64,000 bases of DNA from Ferrimonas marina (lineage in GTDB: Bacteria; Pseudomonadota; Gammaproteobacteria; Enterobacterales; Shewanellaceae): contig NZ_FQXG01000003.1 of the NCBI RefSeq assembly GCF_900129905.1, positions 512,249-576,248 of the forward strand, written 5' to 3'. Below are positions 19,215 through 29,520 of the stretch, piece after piece. Below the pieces are notes generated by a model. The model was not told where the DNA came from. It saw only the letters and a program-made list of their open reading frames with translations, and did no database searches. The position numbers were made by a program, and so were the translations under genes. Each line of letters opens with the position of its first letter. The stretch's first letter is position 1.

Positions 19215-20195
19215 ATGAATCGCTCTGGTGGAGCGTTGGCCCGATGGGTGGGTCAATCAGCACTGAAATTAGGAGCCATAATAGTGAGGACATTGTACGT
19301 TTTATTCGTACTTGTGCTTGCTGGTTTCTTTACCTACCAATTCTACGGATACTTGAGTGATCCGAACACAATAACCTCAATTGAAAGTTTTCTTGGGATT
19401 TCTATAAGTGACACTGTGTTTGCTCACGGGCGAAACTTAGGTGCAGTATCCGGCTTTGTATTCCTTATTTTTGTCCTTGAACGGATTGAAAAACTGGTTT
19501 GCCCGGCATGGCTTTTTATCAAAGAGGGAACCGCCGATCGTTGGGTCTCTATGACGTCGTCGATTGCGATGGTGTCGATATCATTCACTTTAGGATGGGC
19601 GGCTTTAAACTCAATAACAGACGACAAGCCATCAAATTTCTATGTATTCAATTACACTGACCATCAACTGGTTCGGGATATCGTATACCTGCCTCCTAAG
19701 ACAGGGCCTAACACGCCGGTGGATGAGCAGGGACTGCCAGAAGTGGAAACAATGGAATTCCCCGTACTCTTCGAAGAGGGAAGGAGCTCTTTCTCAGGTA
19801 ATGCTGTACCGGCGCATTTGCGGATGTTAGGACTGGCACTTAGGGACTGCTTGGAGGGGGTGGACGATGGGAAGGTGCGGATTGTTGTATCAGGTCACGC
19901 CAGTAGCTCTGGTAGTGCGGAGGACAATGCAATGCTCATCAAGGCCCGGGCAGAAGCTGCCTACGACGCGTTAACGGTATCCGCGCCAGAGATAGCTCAA
20001 TTCGTGCAAAGGCTAGAGCCCGGTGAACCTCATCAGCACTTTAAAGACACAGATGGTGGCGGCGAGCAGGGTGATGAGTATGACGAATTGAGGGGGGCTC
20101 TCAATCGCCGTGCAGACATCACCGTAAGCGTCGCTAACCTCGGAGAGTGCAGTCTTGTGCAAGGGTTAGAAAACCATACTCTTGCGTCCAGATAG
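19215..20195 (+). CDS. membrane protein with C-terminal OmpA/MotB-like peptidoglycan-binding domain
   Basis: N-terminal TM helices; C-terminal SGHASSSGSAEDNAMLIKARAEAAYDAL ... ALNRRADITV matches OmpA_C-like pattern. Confidence 0.55.
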   Translation: MNRSGGALARWVGQSALKLGAIIVRTLYVLFVLVLAGFFTYQFYGYLSDPNTITSIESFLGISISDTVFAHGRNLGAVSGFVFLIFVLERIEKLVCPAWLFIKEGTADRWVSMTSSIAMVSISFTLGWAALNSITDDKPSNFYVFNYTDHQLVRDIVYLPPKTGPNTPVDEQGLPEVETMEFPVLFEEGRSSFSGNAVPAHLRMLGLALRDCLEGVDDGKVRIVVSGHASSSGSAEDNAMLIKARAEAAYDALTVSAPEIAQFVQRLEPGEPHQHFKDTDGGGEQGDEYDELRGALNRRADITVSVANLGECSLVQGLENHTLASR

Positions 20196-20209
20196 GAATG
20201 CACTTTCTG

Positions 20210-21040
20210 TCAAAACCCTTGCTCAACAAGGGCGCTGACCGCTGCACTTAGGCCCCTGCGGCATAGTGAGTCAACCTCTTGATACGAGCCTGTGATCTTG
20301 TTCAGGTCTTCGATTAGGTGTGCGGGTCGGAGCAGGGTCATTGTTTGATCGTTGCGGACAATGAGGGTGGTGTGAATGCGGCCATCCCGTACTTGGTAAA
20401 CACGGGGCGCATGCCGGTCTATACCCGCTAGGAGCACGGAAACCAGCGGTTCCATCACCTCTTCAATGGCAACCCAGGCGGAGGCATGGATCTTGTCTGC
20501 ATGTGGATTGCTGGAAGCCAGTTCTGCGTTGATGGACCCGTCAGTCGAGTGTTGCGGTTTTGTCGCCGGCAGGGAGTGCTCGACTGGGTATCGATCATCG
20601 AGCCATTCGCCTACCCCAAGTTCAATTTGGTAGGTCAGGTAGTGGTGTAAGGCGAAAATGGAGGCGGTCCGATAGGCGCCATCATCAACGTAGGCGATCA
20701 GTTTGCCGTCGAGCGGTTCACTGGCGAGGGTCGATTCTACTGATGCTGTATCTATCCCATCTTGGGGTGCGCCGTAGTGTTCCGCCGCGTTCACAGCCGC
20801 CAGCAGGGTGGGGTAGTCACATAGATCACGACCTGGGGGCAGCCAGTGAACCTCCAGGGACGACAGGGCGAAGCGTCCACGGCCAAGCACGTCACTCTGG
20901 CATCGTAGGTTCAGTCGATCGCTGAGCTCGTCAGTCAGTGTGTGCCGAGCCATGGTTTGCCTGTAATCGCTGAGTTGGCGCCAGTTGGGTATGTATTGGC
21001 TGCAGATTTTGTCGAGGGCGTGGCGCTGTGATGGGGTCAT
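20210..21040 (-). CDS. hypothetical protein (276 aa)
   Basis: Intact ORF; no motif recognised. Confidence 0.45.
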   Translation of the reverse strand: MTPSQRHALDKICSQYIPNWRQLSDYRQTMARHTLTDELSDRLNLRCQSDVLGRGRFALSSLEVHWLPPGRDLCDYPTLLAAVNAAEHYGAPQDGIDTASVESTLASEPLDGKLIAYVDDGAYRTASIFALHHYLTYQIELGVGEWLDDRYPVEHSLPATKPQHSTDGSINAELASSNPHADKIHASAWVAIEEVMEPLVSVLLAGIDRHAPRVYQVRDGRIHTTLIVRNDQTMTLLRPAHLIEDLNKITGSYQEVDSLCRRGLSAAVSALVEQGF

Positions 21041-21295
21041 GGCGTGTTTGGGTGTGTTCGTTTCAGACCACTTTAAGGCAGCAGCTGGTATCCATCAATA
21101 GTCAACCGGGTCGATTAATGAGCTGTGGAATGGTGTGTAGGCGAGATGGTCGTGTATGCCGTAGTTTTCCCCTTTGGGAAGGTGCTGCGGGTACTACGAA
21201 AAGCGGAGCGGCCTAATCTGGGGCCGCTCCTGTTTCATTTCACTTCCGTGGCAGCAGGCCTGGTTAAAGCCGTGCGAGGCCTGCAGTAAGCTACG

Positions 21296-24200
21296 TTATT
21301 CATACGTGACTTCCCCTACTACGTTGATTTCGCTTGTTCCTTCGTTAAATCGGATTCTCCACTGGGGTCTGGCGAGACCTTGCGTGGCGCTTGGATTATC
21401 AAGCACGGCTTTAAAGCCCAGTGGGTAACCAGGGTGTGGGGCGTTGTTCTTAACCGGAAAAACCAGCGCACTGGGGTCGATGCCTTTCAATTGCTCAGCT
21501 GTAACCTCAAATCCTAGAACGCCTCGGTCCTTAACGGTAGGTTTGCGAAGGGTTGAGCCAGCAGAGCCGTCGCCAGGGATAAAGATAATGTTTCTGGACC
21601 ATTTTTGGGGCTCAGTGTTGGTGATCGAGAACTCCAGCTCCAAGTCTTCCAGGGTCTCCGAGACAATGCAGTTCTCCATCCAGAACTCACCGTCATCATC
21701 ACAGACCATCACCAAGCCTGAGGGGAAGATATAGTTCGGGTTAAATGAGCCGTCGTTCAAGCTACTGCTGGCTGCCCAAGAGTATGCCGCTCGTGTTACG
21801 CCCTTAGAGTTCGTTTCAAACAGGTGGAATTGCAACACCAGTTGAGTGCCATTGCTGTGCTTTAATAGCGCAATGTTGCTTGCGGCTGCGGGGTCTGAAG
21901 TTACATCCACATCGTAATCCACAGCGACAGACCGCGGGCTGTCCAGGTAGTCAACTTTCAGTTCGTTAGCTGCAGCAAAGGTATCTGCTGGATCGATGCT
22001 ATGAACAAATCTGCCAGCCTCGACTCCGGCATTCGAAGTGGGGTTCACCTCCAGTTGCAAACCGTAGGTGCCTCTCGGAGTGGGCGACGTGGTAAGTTGT
22101 GTCGAAAATACTGTACCACCATGATCGAACGTCACCGTGTCACCTTGGTTGAACTCGATGATATTAAAGCCAACGTCTACTGGTGCAATATCGCTAGGAT
22201 ACCACTCCCACCTGTTTATGCTTCCGTTCTCGACAAAGGGTCTGTAGGTGTAATCCAGCGTGCAGCAGGCATTCGTGGTAACGCTAGTCATCTCGTAGTC
22301 GCCGCTGATGGGGTCCTGGCTAAAGTCTTCCCAGCCCCAAATCCCTAACCCAAGGGCAACAAACAGATAGTCGAGAGATTCAGGATCGCCGGTGAATTGG
22401 ACCAAATTTGACCACGGGTTAATCTTGACGATGCCGTTGGGCCAAATGAGCTTCATCCTGACCTTGGCCTTGGTCCCCTTAGCAATTTTGTATGGCTCTT
22501 TGCCGGCACCATTCTCGTTCAGTTTTATGGTGTGGTGATCGCCTACAAAGTAGCTCTCTATTGTTGGGTAGCCAGTCCCAGCTGGTGGAAAGTCCACTAC
22601 TTCGAGATCGTGCGTGTAAGTCTCTCCCTGATGAAGGGCAGTAATGGTCACAATGCCGTGGCTTAACCCATCAATTTCCGCAACAGCACTACCATTTTTG
22701 GTGAAGCCAGCAATTGCGGGATCGGAACTCGACCAAGTGACACCATCTGAGGGGATGCCCGAAGGGAGGGACAGGGTAAGGTATGAACGGCCACCGAACC
22801 AAACGACGTCATTTCCGCTTGGATTGTTCCATCGGTCAACCAGGATAGTCGGCTCCTGTTCTGCTACACCGGTAACCTCGACCTCTAAAGAGAGTGTTCC
22901 AATCTCTGGGTGGTCAAAGTGCACCTGGGTGGCCCCGGCCGCAACCAGGGTTAGGGCACCACCAGCATCAACGGTCGCAACGGCAATGTCATTGCTGCTC
23001 CAGCTATTGCCGGTGGCAACAGTTTCGCTACCGTCGGTCCATACCTCGATGGCCTGCAGGGCCACGGTATCGCCAGGTTCGCCGCTGCCAGCAAACCCAT
23101 CGATCCGCCCGGACTCTAACTCTGGATCACCGATGTAGAAGAACGCCTCATGGGTATCACCGTAGTAGGAGATGGTCGGTTCCCAGTAAGCGCTGGTATA
23201 GCCCTTGCGCAGGCCTGTGAACTGGTCACCGGTGATCACCAGGTCGCGGTCGTCGTCGTAGGTCCACACGCCATCGTTTGCGACGTCAGCAAAGTCGCCC
23301 CAGCTGGCGTCGGAATACTGGAGAATCCCCGGAACGGTGCCGGTTGCGCCCAGTGGGCCCTCGATATCCATGTAGCCGTTGAACTCGACGTAGACAATCA
23401 CTTTGGGGGTGAAGGTGAAACTCAGGCGGTCACTCAGGACGCCGGTGTGCATATCCTCGGCCCAGACGTCGATTACGGTCTCTTTATTGCCGTGCAGGAA
23501 GCCGGTGTTGAGATCGAAGGTGCTCACCGCGCTGGTATCAGAAACATGCCAGATCACGTCATTCGTGACGTCCATGACGTTGCCGTCCACATCCTCTTGT
23601 TCGGCGAACAACTGCCCCATGATCCCGCTTGGGAGTTCGGTGACGTTTGCCGCGAAGGGGTCCACCACATACAGGCTGAACCCAGCCGGTCCCGCTGCTT
23701 CAACTGTCACGTTATGCAGTCGCAGGATCCCGGAGTGGTAAGCGCTGATGTTGGTGTTGCCCGGGGCAACGGCGGTCACTGTGCCGTTGGCATCCACGGT
23801 GGCAATGCTTTCATCCTCAGAGGCCCACTGGACCCCTGCCAGCACACCGGTGTCGCCGTTGCTGTAATGGCCGGTCGCCGTGATGGTGAGGGTATCGCCA
23901 GCGGTCACCGTAGTATTACCGCTGAGGGTGATGTTGGTTACCGTGGCTGCAGCAACGGTTACAGGGACCAGGGTGTCGCCATGTCCACCTACAGTCAGGC
24001 GCAGTTGCGTGCTGCCAGCGGCAGTGGCCGACCAGGCGCCGCCTGCAGTGACTGAGATGACACTGGGGTTGTCAGAACTCCAGTTGCCACCAGTATTGAT
24101 GGCTTGACTGCCGTCAGAGTAGTCCACTACAAACCCGATATTGCCACTGTCGCCATCGGTGATGGACAAGGACGCTTGATCCGGCGTTACCGCGGTAACA

Positions 24201-27200
24201 ATGGGGCCGCTTACGGTCAGGTCCATATTACCGACTACGCCCTGGGACTGGGCGGTGATGGACACGGTGCCGGCGGCGAGGGTGGTAACCCTGCCGCTGG
24301 CGTCGACGGATGCGATCGCTGGATCAGTGCTGGCCCAAGCGTAATCGCTGATAGGGATGATCTGACCAAACTCCCAGGTCGGCGTTGCAGTCAGTTGGAC
24401 CGGTTGGCCTGCGTACGGCACCGGGATGTCCGCACTCAGCGCAATGGAGAGCAGGCGGGCTGGGCCCACGGTCACTACGATGCCGTCGCTCAGGCCGGTG
24501 TCGACGTCGGTAACCGTTACGGTGGCGCTGCCTTCAGCGACTGCCGTGTATGCTCCGCTGTTGTCGATGCTGAACACTGCTGGGTCGTCACTGGACCAGA
24601 TCGTGGTGCCTGGGGTGGTGGTGCTGCCATCAGAGAGGTTAAGGCTGGCCGTGAGGACCCCGGTGGCGCCCTGGCGCAGATCTGGGGCCGGGGCCGAGGC
24701 GGTGATCCCCGTAGGAACAGGTGCTGACACGGTGATCAGGATGCGGTTGCTGGAGATCGCGCCGCTGTTGGCCCAAATCTCAACAATGCCCGGGGTAAGT
24801 GAGTCGTACTTGCCGGCACCGGCCGGGGCAAGTACCGCCGGGTTGGTGCTGTGCCAGGTCACGCTGCCACTGTAATCCGAGGTACTGCCATCAGACAGCG
24901 TCCCTTCTGCGCTGGCGTTGAAAGTAGCGATGTGGGGCAGGGCGGTGTTATCGACGCTGAACGCCAGGCTGGTAAGCACTGCGCTGGTCACGGTGACATC
25001 GACACTGCCGATTACGCCTTCTGTTTCGGCCTCAACACGAGTGGTGCCCTCGGCGACGGCCGTGACGTTGCCGTTGACATCGACGGTGGCGATGGCCGGA
25101 TCGGTGCTGCGCCACACGATGGGGTCGGTACTGCGTACGAAGGCGTTTTCAAAGCTGATGATCGCGCTGGCCTGGGTACTGTTACCGGCTGGCAGGGTCA
25201 GGGCACTGCCCAGATCCAGGCTCAGCACAGCGTTGTTGCTGGCAGTCACCAGGATGACATCGGTAAAGGTGCCGTTGTCAGCCAGGATAGTGGTGCTACC
25301 CAAGCCCACAACGTTGACGGTGCCGCTTGGGTCCACGGTAGCTACAGCAGGGTCGCTGCTGCTCCAGGTGATTCCGGTAGCCACAGTAACGTCACCATCG
25401 TTGTAGTGCTCATTCGCCGACAGGGTGAGAGAATCGCCCAGAACCTGGAGGCGATCGCCGCCTGCCACCTCGATACGCTCGAGGCGCTTGATGAATACGG
25501 CATCGACAACCAGGGTCGCGGTTTGGCCATCGTATTGCCCGGTGATCGTGGATTGCCCTTCGGCCACGGCTGTAATCACGCCGGCGCCATCAATCGTCAG
25601 GTAGGCCGGTGAGGCGCTTGACCAGGAATCTGCAGTTACCTGTTCATCAGAGCCATCACTAAGCAGGCGCTTAAGGGCAACAGCCTGGGTCAGACCCTGT
25701 TCCAGAGAGAACGGTGCCTGCGCGTTGCCTGACAGATCGGTGATCTGCACTCCGGTGGTGACCGGTTGACCAACCGAGTAACTGAGATTCAGGGAGATGC
25801 CGTCGTGCTCGAGGGTCACGGGGTAGCTACCCGGTACCAGGCCGGTAAACGACACTGTCCCGGGGCCGCGCGCTACCGTGAGATCGGCGGGATCGGCGGT
25901 CACTGTAACTTCGTCCGTCAGGTCCACTTCAGTGCTATCGCTGTAGATGCCGATAACTGAGTGGCTGGATTGGATTCCCGCTGGTGATGTAGCGGCCGCA
26001 CCGCGCAGTTCCAGGCTAGTCAGTGCTGCGGGGTCAATAACGATAGGGAGGCTGGCCAAGTTGCCATTGTAATCCACGCTGATTATCGCAGTGCCCGGGG
26101 CGACCCCGCGAATCGAGCCAGGGCTTGTCACGGTAGCAATGGCACCGTCATCAACCGCCCAGATCCCGCCGGTTAGAGTCAGATCATCGCCGTTGGTGTA
26201 ATGGCCGGTCAGGGCGAATGTCCCGGTTGTGCCCGCTGCGATGGATGCCTGGTCCGCGGTTATGCTTACGCCGGTTATGGCGGCGGAACCCACGGTGAAG
26301 GGGATCGGGTCGCTACTGATGGCGCCGACGATGGCTGTCACGTTGGCCGAGCCCTGGGCCATAGCCGCAGCGGTACCGAAGGTGTAAGTCGTGATAACGG
26401 CCGGGTTGCTGGAGCTCCACTCAGGGCTAGCGAGAGCCTGGCTGGTGCCATCGGTGTAGTGGCCGGTGGCCCTGATGCTGGTCATCTCACCCACCGCCAG
26501 CACGGTCCGGTCGGCGGAGGCGGTGATGCTGATCAATGCGGCTGGGGCCACGGTGATGGACGCGGTGGCAATTTGCCCTTCAAGCGAAACCGTCAATACG
26601 GCCTCGCCGGGGGATTGGCCGGTCACACGACCGGTCTGGTCAACGGTAAACACCGAGGGGTTGCTGCTCTGGTAGCTCACCGCAGCATGCGGCCGGATAA
26701 TGCCGGACTCAAACTGCACCTGAACGCCGGCCTGTGCCTGAAGGCCTGCGGCTACCGGGTTGTCGTCTAGCTGGACCATCAAGCCTGTAATGGCGGGTTC
26801 AGAGACGGTAACCGAGGCTTCCACCGCCAGGTCGTCAAGCAGGGCAACCAGCGAGGTTACTCCCGGGGCAACCGCGGTGATTTGGCCGCTGTTGTTGACC
26901 GTCAATACGGTCTCGTCGCCGCTGATCCATTGGATCCCGGTGACTTCACGGGTATTGCCGTCACTGTAGCGCCCCATCACTACCGCGGTGCGTTGTTGGC
27001 TAGGTAGGAATCGGGCGTCTGACAGCTCGATGAACAGTTCCTGCAGTACCGGCGGCTTGGTGACGGCCTCGAGGACCGTCAGATTATGCCTAGCGAACAG
27101 GCCACTGTGTTCTGCAGTGAGGGTAGCGGTACCGGCGCCGTTAGCAGTGAGGATCCCGGTGTCCGAGACGCTCACGCTCCCGGTATTACTGGACCGGTAT

Positions 27201-28495
27201 GTGGCACCGCTCAGGGTCTCCACGTTGCTGTCACTGTAGGTCCCCTGAAGGGTCAGCCCTGCGAAGTCGCCGACTGTTAGCGTCGTGGGGCCCTGCAGTT
27301 CAAGGCTTATGAGGGAGCGGACAACGGTGATCGGATCAATGATTACCTGGACTGACGCGCTTTGATCTTCGTGGGAGGCGGTCAGGCGGAAGTCGCCGGC
27401 TTGACTGATCCGGAAGGTGTTGCCGTAGCCGTGCTGGACAGCCTCAGGTTGATCAGAGGTCCAATGCAGGTTGCTGCCCGGCACCCACTGGCCGTCGTCG
27501 TACTGCACGTCCGCATTGAGCTGGAACACCTGGCCGGCCAACAAGGGACCAGATTGTGGCCACACACGCAGACCGGTCAACACCGGCACGGGAGCACCGG
27601 AGATCTCACCGGTAATCGTGATCTGGCTGTTCGCTGTCAGGTCGTCACGGGTGGCGATGATGTCAGTCGTGCCCGGGCTACTGGCAACCAGCTGGCCGTC
27701 AGCGTCAATGTAAGCCACGTCGGTGTTTTCGGACTGGATCTGCACATCCGGCACGGGAGCCGTGGTGCCGTCGCTGTAGGTCCCCAGGGCGATAAGGCTC
27801 TCGCGGTGCCCAACTTCATGCTCGGGGCCTGAGGTGAGTAGAATCAGTGATTCCAGTGTGGGCGCCTCTTCGGGCGCTGCCGTGATCTGCAGATTATGGC
27901 TGGTAGAGAACGCGCCATATTGGGCGTTAACAGAGACATTGCCCTCGTTGAGGGGACGCAGCTGGCCTGATACGGTGGTGGCGATCACCGGATTTGAGGT
28001 GGCCCAAAGGGCGGTGACCAGGGCGCGGCGACCGGTGGCGTCGGTGGCCATAGCGCGTAGTTCTGCTACTTGGTCTACGGGAAGGCTGTCAGCCAGGCTG
28101 ACGATCTCGATACCGGTGATCTCAGCGGACAGGTCCCGCTCGGTATCGGCAACGTTAAGTTCCGCTTGTACCATGCCTTCATCGAAGTAGGCGACCACAG
28201 TGGCTTTACCAGAAGTGAGGCCCAGCAGATCACCGCCGGCATTCAGATCAGCAACAGTGGGGTTGGTGGATACCCAGCGTGCCGGCACAGTCTGGTTGTC
28301 CGGTTTGCGCACCACCGACAGATCGAGTACGTCGTTAACCTGCACCGCATCGGGCAGACCGGCGATCTCATAGCTGTAGGCCTCCGGCTCCGGATTGGGG
28401 TTGCCGGTATCCGGTTCTGAGCTGGGATTGCCGCCAGAACAGGCGGTCAACAGTAGTAGTGCCATCAGGGCAGGGGTTCGCCACAAACGCGCCAT
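21296..28495 (-). CDS. giant surface lipoprotein / adhesin with about 20 tandem bacterial Ig-like (Big_2) domains (2399 aa)
   Basis: Lipoprotein signal MARLWRTPALMALLLLTAC; repeated Big_2 signatures (A.VD.NG.VTAVAPG..I.A); non-repetitive C-terminal about 600 aa. Confidence 0.85.
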   Translation of the reverse strand: MARLWRTPALMALLLLTACSGGNPSSEPDTGNPNPEPEAYSYEIAGLPDAVQVNDVLDLSVVRKPDNQTVPARWVSTNPTVADLNAGGDLLGLTSGKATVVAYFDEGMVQAELNVADTERDLSAEITGIEIVSLADSLPVDQVAELRAMATDATGRRALVTALWATSNPVIATTVSGQLRPLNEGNVSVNAQYGAFSTSHNLQITAAPEEAPTLESLILLTSGPEHEVGHRESLIALGTYSDGTTAPVPDVQIQSENTDVAYIDADGQLVASSPGTTDIIATRDDLTANSQITITGEISGAPVPVLTGLRVWPQSGPLLAGQVFQLNADVQYDDGQWVPGSNLHWTSDQPEAVQHGYGNTFRISQAGDFRLTASHEDQSASVQVIIDPITVVRSLISLELQGPTTLTVGDFAGLTLQGTYSDSNVETLSGATYRSSNTGSVSVSDTGILTANGAGTATLTAEHSGLFARHNLTVLEAVTKPPVLQELFIELSDARFLPSQQRTAVVMGRYSDGNTREVTGIQWISGDETVLTVNNSGQITAVAPGVTSLVALLDDLAVEASVTVSEPAITGLMVQLDDNPVAAGLQAQAGVQVQFESGIIRPHAAVSYQSSNPSVFTVDQTGRVTGQSPGEAVLTVSLEGQIATASITVAPAALISITASADRTVLAVGEMTSIRATGHYTDGTSQALASPEWSSSNPAVITTYTFGTAAAMAQGSANVTAIVGAISSDPIPFTVGSAAITGVSITADQASIAAGTTGTFALTGHYTNGDDLTLTGGIWAVDDGAIATVTSPGSIRGVAPGTAIISVDYNGNLASLPIVIDPAALTSLELRGAAATSPAGIQSSHSVIGIYSDSTEVDLTDEVTVTADPADLTVARGPGTVSFTGLVPGSYPVTLEHDGISLNLSYSVGQPVTTGVQITDLSGNAQAPFSLEQGLTQAVALKRLLSDGSDEQVTADSWSSASPAYLTIDGAGVITAVAEGQSTITGQYDGQTATLVVDAVFIKRLERIEVAGGDRLQVLGDSLTLSANEHYNDGDVTVATGITWSSSDPAVATVDPSGTVNVVGLGSTTILADNGTFTDVILVTASNNAVLSLDLGSALTLPAGNSTQASAIISFENAFVRSTDPIVWRSTDPAIATVDVNGNVTAVAEGTTRVEAETEGVIGSVDVTVTSAVLTSLAFSVDNTALPHIATFNASAEGTLSDGSTSDYSGSVTWHSTNPAVLAPAGAGKYDSLTPGIVEIWANSGAISSNRILITVSAPVPTGITASAPAPDLRQGATGVLTASLNLSDGSTTTPGTTIWSSDDPAVFSIDNSGAYTAVAEGSATVTVTDVDTGLSDGIVVTVGPARLLSIALSADIPVPYAGQPVQLTATPTWEFGQIIPISDYAWASTDPAIASVDASGRVTTLAAGTVSITAQSQGVVGNMDLTVSGPIVTAVTPDQASLSITDGDSGNIGFVVDYSDGSQAINTGGNWSSDNPSVISVTAGGAWSATAAGSTQLRLTVGGHGDTLVPVTVAAATVTNITLSGNTTVTAGDTLTITATGHYSNGDTGVLAGVQWASEDESIATVDANGTVTAVAPGNTNISAYHSGILRLHNVTVEAAGPAGFSLYVVDPFAANVTELPSGIMGQLFAEQEDVDGNVMDVTNDVIWHVSDTSAVSTFDLNTGFLHGNKETVIDVWAEDMHTGVLSDRLSFTFTPKVIVYVEFNGYMDIEGPLGATGTVPGILQYSDASWGDFADVANDGVWTYDDDRDLVITGDQFTGLRKGYTSAYWEPTISYYGDTHEAFFYIGDPELESGRIDGFAGSGEPGDTVALQAIEVWTDGSETVATGNSWSSNDIAVATVDAGGALTLVAAGATQVHFDHPEIGTLSLEVEVTGVAEQEPTILVDRWNNPSGNDVVWFGGRSYLTLSLPSGIPSDGVTWSSSDPAIAGFTKNGSAVAEIDGLSHGIVTITALHQGETYTHDLEVVDFPPAGTGYPTIESYFVGDHHTIKLNENGAGKEPYKIAKGTKAKVRMKLIWPNGIVKINPWSNLVQFTGDPESLDYLFVALGLGIWGWEDFSQDPISGDYEMTSVTTNACCTLDYTYRPFVENGSINRWEWYPSDIAPVDVGFNIIEFNQGDTVTFDHGGTVFSTQLTTSPTPRGTYGLQLEVNPTSNAGVEAGRFVHSIDPADTFAAANELKVDYLDSPRSVAVDYDVDVTSDPAAASNIALLKHSNGTQLVLQFHLFETNSKGVTRAAYSWAASSSLNDGSFNPNYIFPSGLVMVCDDDGEFWMENCIVSETLEDLELEFSITNTEPQKWSRNIIFIPGDGSAGSTLRKPTVKDRGVLGFEVTAEQLKGIDPSALVFPVKNNAPHPGYPLGFKAVLDNPSATQGLARPQWRIRFNEGTSEINVVGEVTYE

Positions 28496-28790
28496 ACCTG
28501 GACTCCTATTATTATTGTTGTTTGATCCCTGGCGGTGGTTTCACTGGCAGGGCGGGCCTTGGTATCCAATTAATATTGTAAGTGGCCTTGATCTCGGTCT
28601 GGCGATATCCGTCGAACTTTATTCCGCCAGCGACTTCATCCACCCGGGCACATTGCAGAGCAGCAGGGCGCTCAGCCATCGGCCTGGCCGATTGTGGTGA
28701 TCGGCGCTGGGGTTGGCCGGCTTTTTCGCGGTGCTGGGTAAGCTGGAATTAGGTCGCAAAGAGGCGGCACCGAACGAGAGGAGAGTTTTG

Positions 28791-29396
28791 ATGAGTGTGT
28801 TAGTTTCCCGGCCGGCGCCAGATTTCACTGCCGCGGCAGTGTTGGGCAATGGAGAAATCGTGGATCGGTTTAACCTGGCGGAAGAGATTAAAGGGCAGCC
28901 CGCGGTGCTGTTCTTCTACCCGCTGGATTTCACCTTTGTGTGCCCGTCGGAGCTTATCGCGTTCGACAAGCGCATGGCGGAGTTTGAGCAACGTGGAGTT
29001 AAGGTCATTGCCGTGTCCATCGATTCGCAGTTCAGCCACAACGCCTGGCGCAAGACCGCGGTAGAGCAGGGCGGTATCGGACCTGTACGCTACCCCATGT
29101 TGGCGGACGTGCGCCATGAGATTTGCCGGGCTTACGACGTTGAGCACCCCCAGGACGGTGTGGCCTTTAGGGCATCGTTCCTGATAGACAAACAGGGTGT
29201 GGTGCGCCACCAGGTGGTCAACGACCTGCCGCTGGGCCGCAATGTCGATGAGATGCTGCGGATGATCGATGCCCTGCAGTTCCACGAAGAGCATGGTGAG
29301 GTGTGCCCGGCACAATGGGAGAAGGGCAAGCAGGGTATGGACGCGTCGCCAGACGGCGTAGCCCGGTTCCTGGCCGGCAATGCTGACGATCTCTGA
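28791..29396 (+). CDS. 2-Cys peroxiredoxin (AhpC/Prx1 family)
   Basis: Peroxidatic Cys motif FTFVCPSEL and resolving Cys GEVCPAQW; SD AGGAGAG 5 nt before ATG at 28791. Confidence 0.85.
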   Translation: MSVLVSRPAPDFTAAAVLGNGEIVDRFNLAEEIKGQPAVLFFYPLDFTFVCPSELIAFDKRMAEFEQRGVKVIAVSIDSQFSHNAWRKTAVEQGGIGPVRYPMLADVRHEICRAYDVEHPQDGVAFRASFLIDKQGVVRHQVVNDLPLGRNVDEMLRMIDALQFHEEHGEVCPAQWEKGKQGMDASPDGVARFLAGNADDL

Positions 29397-29422
29397 CTGG
29401 AGAATCGTACGCTCTGATAACA

Positions 29423-29445
29423 GCGGGCCTTGGGCCCGCTTTTTC
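29423..29445 (+). terminator. rho-independent terminator after peroxiredoxin gene
   Basis: GCGGGCC-TTG-GGCCCGC stem-loop followed by TTTTT. Confidence 0.6.
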
Positions 29446-29520
29446 GTGCTGGGGTGCTCGGGGTTCGGTCATGGCCGGGGTATGATGAAGGTAAGTGACT
29501 GATCGTTATGGATAGAACCT

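Noticed and set aside
21444-28420. Numerous plus-strand ORFs (for example 23150..24055, 24104..24727, 24851..25612, 26201..26770) inside the giant adhesin gene
   Set aside because: They lie antisense to a 7.2-kb ORF with coherent Big_2 repeat structure; high GC content generates long stop-free antisense frames; no RBS or domain support.
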